DNA of 64,000 bases, taken from assembly GCA_964638585.1 (NCBI GenBank), contig CAZXAN010000004.1, positions 708 through 64,707 on the forward strand, given 5' to 3'. This document shows positions 1 through 9,536 of the stretch, one piece after another. The translations under genes and the position numbers were made by a program. Positions within the stretch are counted from its first letter, which is position 1. The number at the start of each line of letters is the position of its first letter. The notes under the pieces are model-generated. The model saw only the letters and a program-made list of their open reading frames with translations, was not told the DNA's origin and made no database searches. This stretch comes from an uncultured Candidatus Saccharibacteria bacterium. GTDB lineage: Bacteria > Patescibacteriota > Minisyncoccia > Phycocordibacterales > Phycocordibacteraceae.

Positions 1-123
1 CCTTGAGAAAAAATGGGAGGGGGAGTGGCAGGTGGACGGCCTCCTCGTCTGGCTCCGCCGCCGTGACGGCATGGCCCGAGTTAGTTATTTGCAGCAAATC
101 AATGTTAAATAATTATATAATTT

Positions 124-200
124 GTCGGGGCGCCGGGAATCGGACCCGGTCTATCTCCCCTCCGGGGCCACAAATGTGCACAGCACATTTCGTCAGAAAC
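124..200 (-). pseudogene. tRNA-Pro-like 3' half (T-arm + acceptor 3' strand) without a matching 5' acceptor strand; degenerate tRNA fragment
   Basis: Minus-strand reading ends ...ACCGGG-TCCGATT-CCCGG-CGCCCCGAC, about 65 % identical to the 3' half of the adjacent tRNA-Pro. Upstream part forms an 8 bp hairpin (AAATGTGC-TGT-GCACATTT) instead of D and anticodon arms, so no complete cloverleaf can be drawn. Confidence 0.3.
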
Positions 201-204
201 AAAG

Positions 205-275
205 TCGGGGTGCGGAGAATCGAACTCCGTCATCTTGCTCCCAAAGCAAGCGTACTACCGGTATACGACACCCCG
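205..275 (-). tRNA. tRNA-Pro (anticodon TGG)
   Basis: Revcomp folds as a cloverleaf: acceptor CGGGGTG/CACCCCG with C1:G72 as in bacterial tRNA-Pro; anticodon stem CTTGC/GCAAG; loop TTTGGGA gives anticodon TGG; T-arm CGGAG-TTCGATT-CTCCG. Confidence 0.8.
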
Positions 276-429
276 ACTTTGTTTCTGACCCCACGCAGGC
301 GTACTACTGCCAAGCGAGCCGAGTGACAAATGAATGATAATTCATTTGTCCGAGGCAAGCGAGGGCAGAAAGCTTTGCTTACGGTATACTACGCCCCGGT
401 TGTCTCGGCATCTTACCAGATTTTTTATT

Positions 430-1587
430 TTATTGCAGGTGCGAGGTCAGGATTGCCTCAAGTGCCGGCATCTTGGGCGCGAAGTCGGCGATAGAAGTCG
501 CCGTCGGTTTGTCTAGAAGTAGGTCAAGCGCACTGCCTGTTTCGCTCGCATATGCAGAGCGAATATAAGAGGCGGTAATCGCGTTAAGCTTGCGCTTGCT
601 GGTCTCGCCCTCAACTGTACTCGTAGTTATTGTGCCGACGAGCTTGCCAGATGCATCAGAGACTCCACCACCAGAAGACCCCTCTTGTGCTGCGGCAGAG
701 CCACCGAGCGCGATAACATCAATAGTCTTTACTGCAAAGGTGAACACGTCTTTTACAGAACCGAAGACAATTGTGGGGAAGAGGTCGTTGCGTATTTGAT
801 TGGATTCAAGAAACTGCGCGCCGTATGAAGCGATAACAACCGGAGTATTAATTTGTGATGGCTTGGTCGCAAGTTGTATATAGGGGAATGTTGACGGGAG
901 AGGCCACGAGGTCGCGCTCTTGGTGACAGCGATAAGCGCAAAGTCATATTCGCCTGTACCGCTCGGGTTTGATTGTGTAACGACACTCGCATTGGCGCGT
1001 AGCCACTCGGGCGATATATAGATAAGCTCTGCATCATATTTGTCAGATGCTGGACTCCCAGAGCGTATCGTGCAGTCGGCACCGCGATCTATGAGCAAGA
1101 AGTATTGTGCAATATGCGCGTTTGTGAGGATTATCCCCTTAGCATCAATAAAAACTCCTGTGCCTAATATTGAGCGTAATCTGCTACCAGACGGCATATA
1201 ACAAACTATGTTCACGAGCGCGGCACGCAAAAGCGAGGCGGAGGCATCCATCTCTGCGTTTATTGTAGCCACTTGTACAATCGGCTCTGGGGATGGAGGT
1301 GGCGCAGTCGTGACAGGAACGGTTGGTGAAGAAATTGTAGGCGGTGATTTGGCCTTCTTAACCGGTGGCGCCTGTTGCGCCGACGAGGTCGCTGGGGCAT
1401 TGTCCGATACCAAATCTGGAACCGTGAGTTGTGGCATGTCAAAGTTTGACTCAACGGCTACTGTTGACGAGGCATTCTCAGTCACAACTGGCATAATCGG
1501 GCTGTACACAACACTAGAAAACGAGTAGATGAATACTCCAAGAAGCAATGCGGCGGTTATGTATAGATACGGCGCGAAACGGGACAT
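430..1587 (-). CDS. membrane-anchored trypsin-like (S1 family) serine protease with Pro/Ser/Thr-rich linker
   Basis: N-terminal hydrophobic helix; low-complexity PST-rich segment; catalytic-triad-like motifs TNAHI ... DFALIAV ... GSSGGGV in trypsin order. Confidence 0.65.
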   Translation of the reverse strand: MSRFAPYLYITAALLLGVFIYSFSSVVYSPIMPVVTENASSTVAVESNFDMPQLTVPDLVSDNAPATSSAQQAPPVKKAKSPPTISSPTVPVTTAPPPSPEPIVQVATINAEMDASASLLRAALVNIVCYMPSGSRLRSILGTGVFIDAKGIILTNAHIAQYFLLIDRGADCTIRSGSPASDKYDAELIYISPEWLRANASVVTQSNPSGTGEYDFALIAVTKSATSWPLPSTFPYIQLATKPSQINTPVVIASYGAQFLESNQIRNDLFPTIVFGSVKDVFTFAVKTIDVIALGGSAAAQEGSSGGGVSDASGKLVGTITTSTVEGETSKRKLNAITASYIRSAYASETGSALDLLLDKPTATSIADFAPKMPALEAILTSHLQ

Positions 1588-1661
1588 GTTTATAAGCTAG
1601 CGCAGAAATGATATTATCGCACTACGTGAAAGCGGGCTTGCCCGCCGTAGCGTAAGCGAAG

Positions 1662-1732
1662 GCGGGATTAGTTTAACGGTAGAACTACAGGTTTCCAACC
1701 TGTTAGCAGGAGTTCGACTCTCCTATCCCGCA
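1662..1732 (+). tRNA. tRNA-Gly (anticodon TCC)
   Basis: GCGGGAT acceptor paired to ATCCCGC; anticodon stem ACAGG/CCTGT; loop TTTCCAA gives TCC; T-arm AGGAG-TTCGACT-CTCCT. Confidence 0.85.
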
Positions 1733-1762
1733 CAAATAGTGAGAGAGGAGTACCATATACGG

Positions 1763-2932
1763 ATGGAACCATTGGCTGCACGAATACGACCAACCAGGCT
1801 CGATGACGTTGTCGGGCAGGAGCACCTTGTCGGAGAGGGGAAGCCCTTAAGTGTGGCGATAGAGAAGCGACACAAGTTCTCATTTGTACTCTGGGGCCCG
1901 CCGGGGACAGGGAAGACGACTATCGCTAGAATTTATGCGCGCGCCCTCGATGCCGAACTCTTTGAACTCTCGGCTGTCTCGGCAGGGAAGGATGATATAC
2001 GAAAAATAATTGACCCTACTTCGCCAAAGGCTACGAAGGGCGCCGAGCAAAAACTGAAGCTCGGCGAAAGACCAAAAGTATTGTTTTTGGATGAGATACA
2101 TAGATTTAATAAAACTCAGCAAGATTTTTTATTGCCATATGTAGAAAGTGGGGAATTAACGCTCATAGGTGCGACAACCGAGAATCCGTCGTTTGAAATT
2201 ATCTCTGCACTTCTCTCGCGCTGTCGCGTGTTCGTGCTTGAACCTCTCTCTGAAGAAGCTCTGCGAGCGATTATTAAAAAGACAAAGATAAAAGTAAATA
2301 AAGATGCGTTTGATTGGCTCCTCGGCTATGCCAACGGCGACGCGCGCAAGGCGCTCGGCATGATGGAGGGTGCGATGAGCTTATACGGAAATGTTTCTGT
2401 CGATACCTTAAATAAAGCGCTTGAGTCTCCGCACCTGCGCTACGACAAGAAGGGAGAAGAGCACTACGACACTATTTCTGCATTCATAAAAAGCATGCGC
2501 GCCTCGCAGGCAGATGCGGCGATTTATTATCTCGCGCGGATGGTAGAGGCAGGCGAAGATCCACTATTTATCGCTCGTCGCATGGTTGTATTCGCATCTG
2601 AAGACGTGGGGCTCGCTCAGCCGACTGCGCTCGTGGTCGCGAACGCAGTCTTCCGCGCCTGCGAGACTATCGGTTACCCAGAATGCGCTATCAATCTCGC
2701 GCATGGCGTTGCGTATTTATCGCAAGCAAAGAAAAATCGCTCTGTTTATGATGCGCTACGTTCTGCACAAGCCGACGTGCACGCCTTCGGCAACTTGCCG
2801 GTACCCAAGAAGCTTCGCAACGCTCCTACCAAATTAATGAAGGAGCTGGATTATGGAAAAGGGTATGAGATGCACACTGACACCGAGTCATATCTCCCCG
2901 ACAAACTCAAGAAAAAGAAATATTTTAAATGA
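1763..2932 (+). CDS. rarA: replication-associated recombination protein A (RarA/MgsA AAA+ ATPase)
   Basis: PLAARIRP...VVGQEHL...WGPPGTGKTT Walker A and typical RarA N-terminus. Start placed at internal MEPLAARIRP; the ORF extends upstream to 1739. Confidence 0.85.
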   Translation: MEPLAARIRPTRLDDVVGQEHLVGEGKPLSVAIEKRHKFSFVLWGPPGTGKTTIARIYARALDAELFELSAVSAGKDDIRKIIDPTSPKATKGAEQKLKLGERPKVLFLDEIHRFNKTQQDFLLPYVESGELTLIGATTENPSFEIISALLSRCRVFVLEPLSEEALRAIIKKTKIKVNKDAFDWLLGYANGDARKALGMMEGAMSLYGNVSVDTLNKALESPHLRYDKKGEEHYDTISAFIKSMRASQADAAIYYLARMVEAGEDPLFIARRMVVFASEDVGLAQPTALVVANAVFRACETIGYPECAINLAHGVAYLSQAKKNRSVYDALRSAQADVHAFGNLPVPKKLRNAPTKLMKELDYGKGYEMHTDTESYLPDKLKKKKYFK

Positions 2933-2933
2933 C

Positions 2934-3263
2934 CTAGTGAGATTCTATTTGTTTAATTTTGAATGTAGCGTTGTCTTTGTGGCAACAATCGCAGCCATCG
3001 GTTTCAACATAGACATCCTGAGGCATGTCTGACCCGAGCTCGGCTCCTGCCGTTGTAACAAATCGATTAAAGAGTTCTGCATCAATCTCCTCTGAGAGGC
3101 CGCAGTCAGTACAAAAACGTCTAGCGACAGACTTTGGTCCTTCAAGACTAGCGTGTAGCCACTCTGGGTTTGGCGCGTACTGCTTCGTGCTCTTTTCTAC
3201 AGATATTCGGTCAAACATTTTTTCTTTTGGTTCCATATTAGTGTTTGGTATGGAGATCAACAA
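2934..3263 (-). CDS. hypothetical Cys-rich (zinc-ribbon-like) protein
   Basis: ORF with CTDCG ... CDCCH cysteine cluster; no recognisable family by eye. Confidence 0.4.
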   Translation of the reverse strand: MLISIPNTNMEPKEKMFDRISVEKSTKQYAPNPEWLHASLEGPKSVARRFCTDCGLSEEIDAELFNRFVTTAGAELGSDMPQDVYVETDGCDCCHKDNATFKIKQIESH

Positions 3264-3789
3264 TCTCCGGCGCTGCTCCCTTCAATCTTGCGACAATAGC
3301 TTGAGCGACTTTTCTTACTTGAGAGGTGAACTTCTTATCCGTCTCGTCTATGCCATCCGCGGGAGCCCAGATCTCAATGTCTGTCTTGAGCGAATCTCCT
3401 GACTTGTCACGAAGAGTTACTCCAAGAGAAACTCGCCCTTTTGGGAGGTTATTGTCAGCGTCAAATTCAAAAAAAGCGTCCACGCCGTGAAAGTAATCTA
3501 AGTGTGAGCCAACGGCAGTATAGAAATGAACCTTGTTGAATTGTTCTGGTCTCTCGAGACCAAGCAGATCGAGGAGTTCTATGCGAAGTTCGTTCGCAAA
3601 CGGCGCACGCGGATTGGTCGACTCACCGGGCTGGTGATTCTTCACCCAAGAAACAGCCTCGTTGTATTTCATATACCGCTTCTCTGCGTCACTGAGCTCG
3701 TTCGGGATCTTAACTTCTCCAAGTAAATCGTGCTCGAGGAGCCGACCGTGCTGCATACCAATGCCATGATATCCTTCGGAGCCTCGCAT
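3238..3789 (-). CDS. hypothetical protein
   Basis: 183-aa ORF (start chosen at MRGSEGYHG; alternative start at 3816); overlaps downstream ORF by a few codons. Confidence 0.4.
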   Translation of the reverse strand: MRGSEGYHGIGMQHGRLLEHDLLGEVKIPNELSDAEKRYMKYNEAVSWVKNHQPGESTNPRAPFANELRIELLDLLGLERPEQFNKVHFYTAVGSHLDYFHGVDAFFEFDADNNLPKGRVSLGVTLRDKSGDSLKTDIEIWAPADGIDETDKKFTSQVRKVAQAIVARLKGAAPEIVDLHTKH

Positions 3790-3866
3790 ATGCTTTAGTA
3801 TATAACAAAACAACACGGCGCCAATGGCGCCGTGTTGTTTTAAGCACGATCCGTCAGCTGGCGGAC

Positions 3867-4139
3867 TTATCTAACCGCGTCTTTGAGAGCCTTTGCAGGA
3901 CGGAACTTAGCTGTGCGGGAGGCGGCGATGTGAATCGTCTCACCTGTTCTAGGATTCCTGCCCTGGCGCGCTGGGCGAGCCTTCGTCGCGAAGATGCCGA
4001 GACCTGCTACTGAAACCTCTTCTCCAGATTTGAGACTAGAAACAATAGAATCAATCATTGTCTCTACAGCACGTTCGGCCTCGGCCTTTGTACCGCCAAG
4101 AACTCCATGCACCTTGTCTACGATGTCTGCTTTGTTCAT
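3867..4139 (-). CDS. hupB: DNA-binding protein HU
   Basis: 90 aa; MNKADIVDKV...GFGIFATKARPARQGRNPRTGE... classic HU/IHF signature. Confidence 0.9.
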   Translation of the reverse strand: MNKADIVDKVHGVLGGTKAEAERAVETMIDSIVSSLKSGEEVSVAGLGIFATKARPARQGRNPRTGETIHIAASRTAKFRPAKALKDAVR

Positions 4140-4322
4140 GTATGAGATAGTGAGTTAATAATGGGCCCTGCCTCCGCTCGAACTTTGGCGGGCTTTGCCC
4201 CGCCGAAGCCGAGCTCTGGCGAGGCGAAGGCGGGCATGGGAGAAGTATAGAAAATACGCCATTTTGTGCAATACCCTTGCCAGAGTGGGGTGGATAACGT
4301 GAAATCAGCGCAAGAATCCGAT

Positions 4323-5060
4323 TTATTTCTTCAGCGCGTGCCAATGGGCTTCAAAAATGCCTTTAATTAAGTCGTGGATTTTCTTGCTTTCGATAGTTAG
4401 TGCCATCATTTCTTCAAAAGACGTAATAACTACATGATCGGATCCATATAAAAGCATCTCCGACGCCGGGCAATAGCTAGTACTCGGCTCAATTCTCACT
4501 TCCTTAAGCGTTTGCGCATCATCAGAAGCGTATTTCTCCATTATTTCTGTGTTGGGTACGATCATCCTGCTCAAAATACCTTTCTTTATCCGTTTTGGCT
4601 GGAATTCTTTATATAATTCCTCTCCACCGACTTCGCGAAACACCGCATCAGAAATCCAGCCGACAATTTCTTTGCCCTCTTGTTCCAGAGTTTCAAAATA
4701 AGCGCTACGAACTTGTTTCGCCCCTTCAAAATAACGTGCGCGCACCTGTGCACCGCGCGTGCCAGCGAGCGCGGTAAGCTCGGGCAAAACGCTTTTTGCG
4801 ATATTCAATCTTTCTTCCGCAATCGCAAACACTTCTTCCGGAGGTCGCGCGGCGTAGTGCTGTTTCTTAGCGCGCGGTATTTTATGAACAAAGCCTTTCT
4901 TGATTAACTCATCTAAAACCACATATGTGGTCGGCTTCTTAAGCCCGCTCTTTGTCGCGATCCCATACGCAGATGCCTTTCCGAGCTGTAGGAGCGCCAC
5001 ATACACCGCGGACTGCTTATCGTTCAGCCCAAGAATTACTAATGCCTCTTTGGTGTCCAT
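4323..5060 (-). CDS. TrmB-like winged-helix transcriptional regulator
   Basis: N-terminal wHTH (LNDKQSAVYVALLQLGKASAYGIATKSGLKKPTTYVVLDELIKKGFV) followed by a C-terminal domain, as in TrmB-family regulators. Confidence 0.6.
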   Translation of the reverse strand: MDTKEALVILGLNDKQSAVYVALLQLGKASAYGIATKSGLKKPTTYVVLDELIKKGFVHKIPRAKKQHYAARPPEEVFAIAEERLNIAKSVLPELTALAGTRGAQVRARYFEGAKQVRSAYFETLEQEGKEIVGWISDAVFREVGGEELYKEFQPKRIKKGILSRMIVPNTEIMEKYASDDAQTLKEVRIEPSTSYCPASEMLLYGSDHVVITSFEEMMALTIESKKIHDLIKGIFEAHWHALKK

Positions 5061-5257
5061 TACTCCTATACTAACTTAGTTGGTTTAAATAGTCAATAAT
5101 TTTGATGATTTTATTCAAATTACCTGAAATAATCTTATCAAATAAGCCTGAAACAGCTCTTTATATATTCCCTATATTTGACTATTCATCCAATCTCTGC
5201 TACTTTGTTCGCGGGTGATAAACATATGTCTATCAGGATCTTTATAGGAGAAACCAA

Positions 5258-5554
5258 ATGACATCGAACCTCAAAGACGGCAGTCGTTTCGATCCAGAAA
5301 CTCTGGAGCCTGGTGAATATCACGCGATGTGCGTGCAAACCACTCCGTTCGGAGTTTTTGGACTCTGCACTGGTAAGCGGTTTGGGTGGGATAATAATAA
5401 GAACTGCGTCGAAGGGCTTGGCTATATCATCATAGTGAGGCAGATCGGCGATAAAAAAGAATTCTTCTTTAAGGATTCACTCTATGGAATCGGTGAATTG
5501 CCCGCTACAGCACTTGATCTTTTCCGGTATAGCGAGCCGACATTCATGCCATGA
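5258..5554 (+). CDS. hypothetical protein
   Basis: 98-aa ORF preceded by AGGAGA RBS 6 nt upstream; followed by a hairpin and T-run. Confidence 0.5.
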   Translation: MTSNLKDGSRFDPETLEPGEYHAMCVQTTPFGVFGLCTGKRFGWDNNKNCVEGLGYIIIVRQIGDKKEFFFKDSLYGIGELPATALDLFRYSEPTFMP

Positions 5555-5563
5555 TTTCACTTC

Positions 5564-5593
5564 GAGAGCGACCTTGGTTGCTCTTTTCTTTTT
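5564..5593 (+). terminator. rho-independent terminator
   Basis: GAGAGCGACC-TTGG-TTGCTCTT hairpin followed by TTCTTTTT. Confidence 0.5.
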
Positions 5594-5665
5594 ACAGCTT
5601 CAGAAAGTCTTTGAGGGATATGCCGGCTTGTTTTAGGATTCTCCAATATGCTATACTCTTCCATT

Positions 5666-5878
5666 ATGTATACAGCCATTTATAAAAAAGTGCGGTCTGG
5701 GTATGTCGCCTGGGTTGAAGAAATCCCCGGAGTGAACACGCAGGGTGTTTCAAAGAAAGAAGCAAGGGAAAATCTTGCTGACGCGCTTTCAGAATTTCTG
5801 ATCGCACGGCGCGAACTTACGAATCGCGAGCGCTCTCGCGGTGGTTCTCTCGTGCGCGAACAATTCGCTCTAGCCTAG
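5666..5878 (+). CDS. hicB: type II antitoxin HicB (UPF0150-like)
   Basis: MYTAIYKKVRSGYVAWVEEIPGVNTQG..EARENL matches the HicB/UPF0150 N-terminal pattern; immediately followed by hicA. Confidence 0.7.
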   Translation: MYTAIYKKVRSGYVAWVEEIPGVNTQGVSKKEARENLADALSEFLIARRELTNRERSRGGSLVREQFALA

Positions 5879-5882
5879 CAAC

Positions 5883-6077
5883 ATGAAGCGTACGGATTTA
5901 CTCCGTCATCTGCGCCTCTGTGGATGTGTCTTTGTACGGGAGGGAGCAAGGCACAGTGTTTATTTAAATCCGATGAACGAATTTATCAGCACGGTCCCGC
6001 GTCATGCGGAGATTAATTCATTTCTTGCGCGCAAGATTTGCAAAGACCTCGGTATAGTAGCAGCGCGTGGTCGATAG
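5883..6077 (+). CDS. hicA: type II toxin HicA (YcfA-like mRNA interferase)
   Basis: 64 aa; GARHSVYLNP ... VPRHAEINSFLARKICKDLGI, the HicA signature. Confidence 0.75.
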   Translation: MKRTDLLRHLRLCGCVFVREGARHSVYLNPMNEFISTVPRHAEINSFLARKICKDLGIVAARGR

Positions 6078-6085
6078 GATTTTAA

Positions 6086-7615
6086 TTACCTGGCGAATTC
6101 AACAACTCGGTTTTCTCTAATTATATTTACCTTAATCTCGCCCGGATATTTTAATTCTTCCTGTATGCGCTTCGCGATGTCCCGGGCGAGCTTGTGCATC
6201 GCGAGGTCGGTGACCTTGCCTGGGTTCACGAAGACGCGTATCTCGCGCCCCGCCGCTATCGCATACACCTTTTCTACTCCCTCAAACGTGTTGGCGAGGC
6301 GCTCTAGGTCGCCGAGGCGCTCTAGGTAGCGATCAACGGTGTCTCGGCGAGCGCCGGGGCGACCGGCAGATATCGCGTCAGCCACCTGCACTATTACCGA
6401 CTCTGGTGTCTCGTATGGATATTCTTCGTGATGCGACTGCATGGCTAGAATGACGCGATTATCAACGCCGAATTTTTCCAAAATTCTCCTGCCTATCTCT
6501 ACATGCGTACCCTGTACCTCGTGGTCAACCGCCTTGCCGATGTCATGTAGCAGAGCGCCAGCACGCGCGACATTCGCATCTGCTCCAAGTTCTTTTGCCA
6601 GCATCCCAGATATATGAGCCATCTCTAGCGAGTGCTGTAAAACATTCTGCCCGAAGCTGGTGCGGAAGTGGAGTCGGCCGAGTAGGGCAGTGAGCTTAGA
6701 ATCTAGCCCGATAACGCCAGCCTCATATGCAGCGGCCTCGCCCTTCTGTTTAATTATTTCTCCAATTTCTATCTTCGTCTTCTCTACAGTCTCTTCAATC
6801 TTGGCTGGCTGAATGCGCCCATCAGCGATTAATTTATCAAGCGCAATTTTCGCAATATGCCTGCGCAGAGGATCAAAAGAGGAGAGCGTTATCCTGTCTG
6901 GCACGTCATCTATAAGCACGTCAACGCCAGTCGCTTTTTCAAACGCTTTAATATTACGACCTTCTTTACCGATAATCTTTCCCTTCACTTCGTCAGAAGG
7001 GAGAGCAACAGAGAGTGACATCACTTCTGCATTCACCGCGTTACCAAGGCGATGTATAACACTCATTAGTATTCCTCGCGCCTTGTCCTCTAGACGTTCT
7101 CTGCCGTTGGCTGCCAACTTTTGCAATCTTAGTAAAATCGCTTCTTCGTGCGCATTTTCAATTTCAGAAAATAATTCCTCACGCGCCTTCTCTTCAGAGA
7201 GGTTCGCAACTTTTGCCAATTCTTTAGAGCGCTGTGCTGTTAGCTTCTCTGCTGTCTCTTTAGCTAGGATCGCCGATTGTTCGCGGGCGCGAACCTCATC
7301 TTCTTTATTATCTAAATCGCGCTGACGCGAATCAAGAAACTCTTCACGTGAGGCGAGACGCTCTTCTCTAGAAGCAACTTTACCTTCGCGCTCTTCAACA
7401 AGAGCGAGACGCTCTGTCTCTAGCACAGCGCTCCTAAACTCTGCATCGGCCAAAATCTTAGATGCCTGCTCTTTGGCAGAGAGCAGTTTTTGTTTGGTAT
7501 CAAGCTCTACAGACCCCTTTTGCGCAAGGCCGATAAGGACGCGCAAAACGTATCCGAGGACGATACCGCCCACGCCCGAGAGCGCTAGCATTATCAATAT
7601 AATGTTGAGTGACAT
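6086..7615 (-). CDS. rny: ribonuclease Y
   Basis: N-terminal TM helix, coiled coil, KH domain (GKIIGKEGRNIKAFEKATG) and HD domain (LLHDIGK). Start placed at MSLNIILIML; the ORF extends to 7672. Confidence 0.85.
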   Translation of the reverse strand: MSLNIILIMLALSGVGGIVLGYVLRVLIGLAQKGSVELDTKQKLLSAKEQASKILADAEFRSAVLETERLALVEEREGKVASREERLASREEFLDSRQRDLDNKEDEVRAREQSAILAKETAEKLTAQRSKELAKVANLSEEKAREELFSEIENAHEEAILLRLQKLAANGRERLEDKARGILMSVIHRLGNAVNAEVMSLSVALPSDEVKGKIIGKEGRNIKAFEKATGVDVLIDDVPDRITLSSFDPLRRHIAKIALDKLIADGRIQPAKIEETVEKTKIEIGEIIKQKGEAAAYEAGVIGLDSKLTALLGRLHFRTSFGQNVLQHSLEMAHISGMLAKELGADANVARAGALLHDIGKAVDHEVQGTHVEIGRRILEKFGVDNRVILAMQSHHEEYPYETPESVIVQVADAISAGRPGARRDTVDRYLERLGDLERLANTFEGVEKVYAIAAGREIRVFVNPGKVTDLAMHKLARDIAKRIQEELKYPGEIKVNIIRENRVVEFAR

Positions 7616-7781
7616 AAACGCACTTTTGTTTAAAAGGTAAGGGCGAGGCGGTCGTTCTCCCGTATCAGCCAACCAGCGTATCTGCGTAGGTAAACCCTAC
7701 CACAAAACCATGCGCACCACACTTTTCTAGATATCCCTAAGGCTGTAACTATGGAAATCGCTGTCACGTTATATTGGTCAT

Positions 7782-8183
7782 ATGGAAGTACGTCGAGCAT
7801 CTCTGATTATTCTTTACACCAAAGACGGCAAGATTCTGTTACAACATAGGGACGAAAATGCAGAACGCAGTCCAAATCAGTGGGGGTACTTTGGCGGCGG
7901 GATTGAAGATGGCGAGACGCCGGAACAGGCAGTGCGTAGAGAATCTCTTGAAGAAATCGAGTACGAAATAAAAAATCCAAAACTTATTGACGAAGAGGCT
8001 GAAAACGATAGTCCACACACGACCCAGTACACCTATGCCGAAGCATACGACTCGACACAACCAATAGTGCTACACGAGGGGCAGGGGTACGGATGGTTCA
8101 CTGTGCAAGAAGCTCTACTTCTCCCGATGAGCGAGCATCGTCGCACTTGTTTAGAGAAACTCGCACCTCTTATTTTCAATTGA
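7782..8183 (+). CDS. NUDIX hydrolase
   Basis: Nudix box [22 protein letters not shown]. Confidence 0.8.
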   Translation: MEVRRASLIILYTKDGKILLQHRDENAERSPNQWGYFGGGIEDGETPEQAVRRESLEEIEYEIKNPKLIDEEAENDSPHTTQYTYAEAYDSTQPIVLHEGQGYGWFTVQEALLLPMSEHRRTCLEKLAPLIFN

Positions 8184-8748
8184 ACACCTTATCCACCAGA
8201 CCGTACTTCTTGGCTTCGTCGGCGGTCATGAAGAAATCTCGTTCCACGTCCTTTTCTATTTTTGCGAGCGCCTGGCCAGTGTTCTTAGCGAGAATCTTAT
8301 TCAACACCGCGCGCAGTTTCAAAATCTGCTTTGCGGTGATTTCAATATCAGTCGCCTGACCCTCGGCACCACCGTGTGGTTGATGGATCATCACTTCTGC
8401 ATTCGGCAATGCAAATCTTTTTCCCTTCTCTCCTGCTGAGAGTAGTATCGCCGCGCCAGATGCAGCCATACCAACGCAAACTGTAGAGACAGCGGGTTTC
8501 ACGTGGTTCATTGTGTCTACCATCGCAAGAGTTGCTGTGACAGAACCACCAGGAGAATTGATATAGAGCGAAATATCTTTTTTAGGATCTTCTGCTTCTA
8601 GAAATAGAAGTTGCGCGATGACGAGATTCGCCACATCATCGTCAATAGGTCCGCCTAAAAAGACGATCCTCTCTTTAAGAAGTCGCGAGTAGATGTCATA
8701 TGCTCTCTCTCCAAACTGACTCTTCTCTATAACCATCGGTATTAGCAT
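8176..8748 (-). CDS. clpP: ATP-dependent Clp protease proteolytic subunit
   Basis: [10 protein letters not shown]...[10 protein letters not shown]...MIHQPHGG; Ser-His-Asp triad context typical of ClpP. Start placed at MLIPMVIEK. Confidence 0.9.
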   Translation of the reverse strand: MLIPMVIEKSQFGERAYDIYSRLLKERIVFLGGPIDDDVANLVIAQLLFLEAEDPKKDISLYINSPGGSVTATLAMVDTMNHVKPAVSTVCVGMAASGAAILLSAGEKGKRFALPNAEVMIHQPHGGAEGQATDIEITAKQILKLRAVLNKILAKNTGQALAKIEKDVERDFFMTADEAKKYGLVDKVFN

Positions 8749-8809
8749 TGATGCGCGAGGCTGTATTTGTTTCATAGACAAAAAGTAATTGGCATTAATA
8801 AGATTTAAA

Positions 8810-9004
8810 TTATTGTACTGTTGACGATGCTTCTAATGCACGCTCTTCAGCTATTCTCTTGCCCCAAGAATAGAATGCGCCGATAACAATCATGAGCACT
8901 ATTATTACAATGGATATAACAACGCCCCAAGACTGTTGTTTTTGCGACGGCACACCTATCTGTTGTGCCGGCTCACCTGGTGGCAAAAGTTTTTCGTCTG
9001 TCAT
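8810..9004 (-). CDS. small membrane protein (hypothetical)
   Basis: 64-aa ORF with one strong TM helix ([18 protein letters not shown]); start MTDEK lies one base past the ppa stop. Confidence 0.35.
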   Translation of the reverse strand: MTDEKLLPPGEPAQQIGVPSQKQQSWGVVISIVIIVLMIVIGAFYSWGKRIAEERALEASSTVQ

Positions 9005-9005
9005 A

Positions 9006-9524
9006 TTACTTTCCATCAATATACATCTTGCGTCCCTTCTCAAATGCAGATTCTGCAGAATCCTTATCCTCAAACCCATTTACAATTACTTCTTTGTTCT
9101 GCAATTTTTTATAGGTTGAATAGAAGTGCTCTATCTCTTTTAGCGTGTGTTTGTTTACGTCAGGCAGGTTCTTGGTATCTTTCCATCTAGGATCGTCAAC
9201 TGGCACCGCTATGACCTTATCGTCGCTATCACCGCTATCAATCATTTTCATAAGCGCGACCGGGCGAACACGGACTAGGATCCCCGGTACAAGCGGATAC
9301 GTCGTTAAGATAATTACGTCTAGTGCATCGCCATCCTCCCACAAAGTTTGTGGCACAAAGCCATAATCAAAAGGGAAGTCTTGTCCGGTGTGCGCTACTC
9401 GGTCAAGAGCTATGAGACCTGTTTTTTTATCAATCTCATATTTATTGTGAGACCCTTTATTGATCTCAACAATCACGTTCATCTCTTCTTTTGTCCCAGG
9501 ATCAATATCGTGAAGCAGGTTCAT
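9006..9524 (-). CDS. ppa: inorganic pyrophosphatase (family I)
   Basis: EINKGSHNKYEIDKKTG...DGDALDVIIL family I PPase motifs. Confidence 0.9.
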   Translation of the reverse strand: MNLLHDIDPGTKEEMNVIVEINKGSHNKYEIDKKTGLIALDRVAHTGQDFPFDYGFVPQTLWEDGDALDVIILTTYPLVPGILVRVRPVALMKMIDSGDSDDKVIAVPVDDPRWKDTKNLPDVNKHTLKEIEHFYSTYKKLQNKEVIVNGFEDKDSAESAFEKGRKMYIDGK

Positions 9525-9536
9525 ATATTGATTATA

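Noticed and set aside
124-200. Possible tmRNA (ssrA) 3' end, because of the tRNA-like T-arm/acceptor without a matching 5' strand
   Set aside because: A minus-strand tmRNA would need about 350 nt extending over the intact tRNA-Pro, and no tag-peptide reading frame or pseudoknot-rich region is present; a degenerate tRNA fragment is more parsimonious.
3-337. ORFs 3-326 and 122-337 (+) at the window start
   Set aside because: They run straight through the tRNA-Pro gene and the tRNA-like fragment and have no RBS or family resemblance; treated as spurious.
6813-7325. 170-aa ORF antisense inside rny, and similar long antisense ORFs inside nusA (9553-10983), pilB (14904-16157), recJ (22715-23536), VirB4 (31158-31352), polA (49614-50216) and comEC (26616-27018)
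   Set aside because: Low-complexity Ser/Ala/Arg-rich translations typical of shadow frames in GC-neutral coding DNA; each is fully embedded in a well-supported gene.
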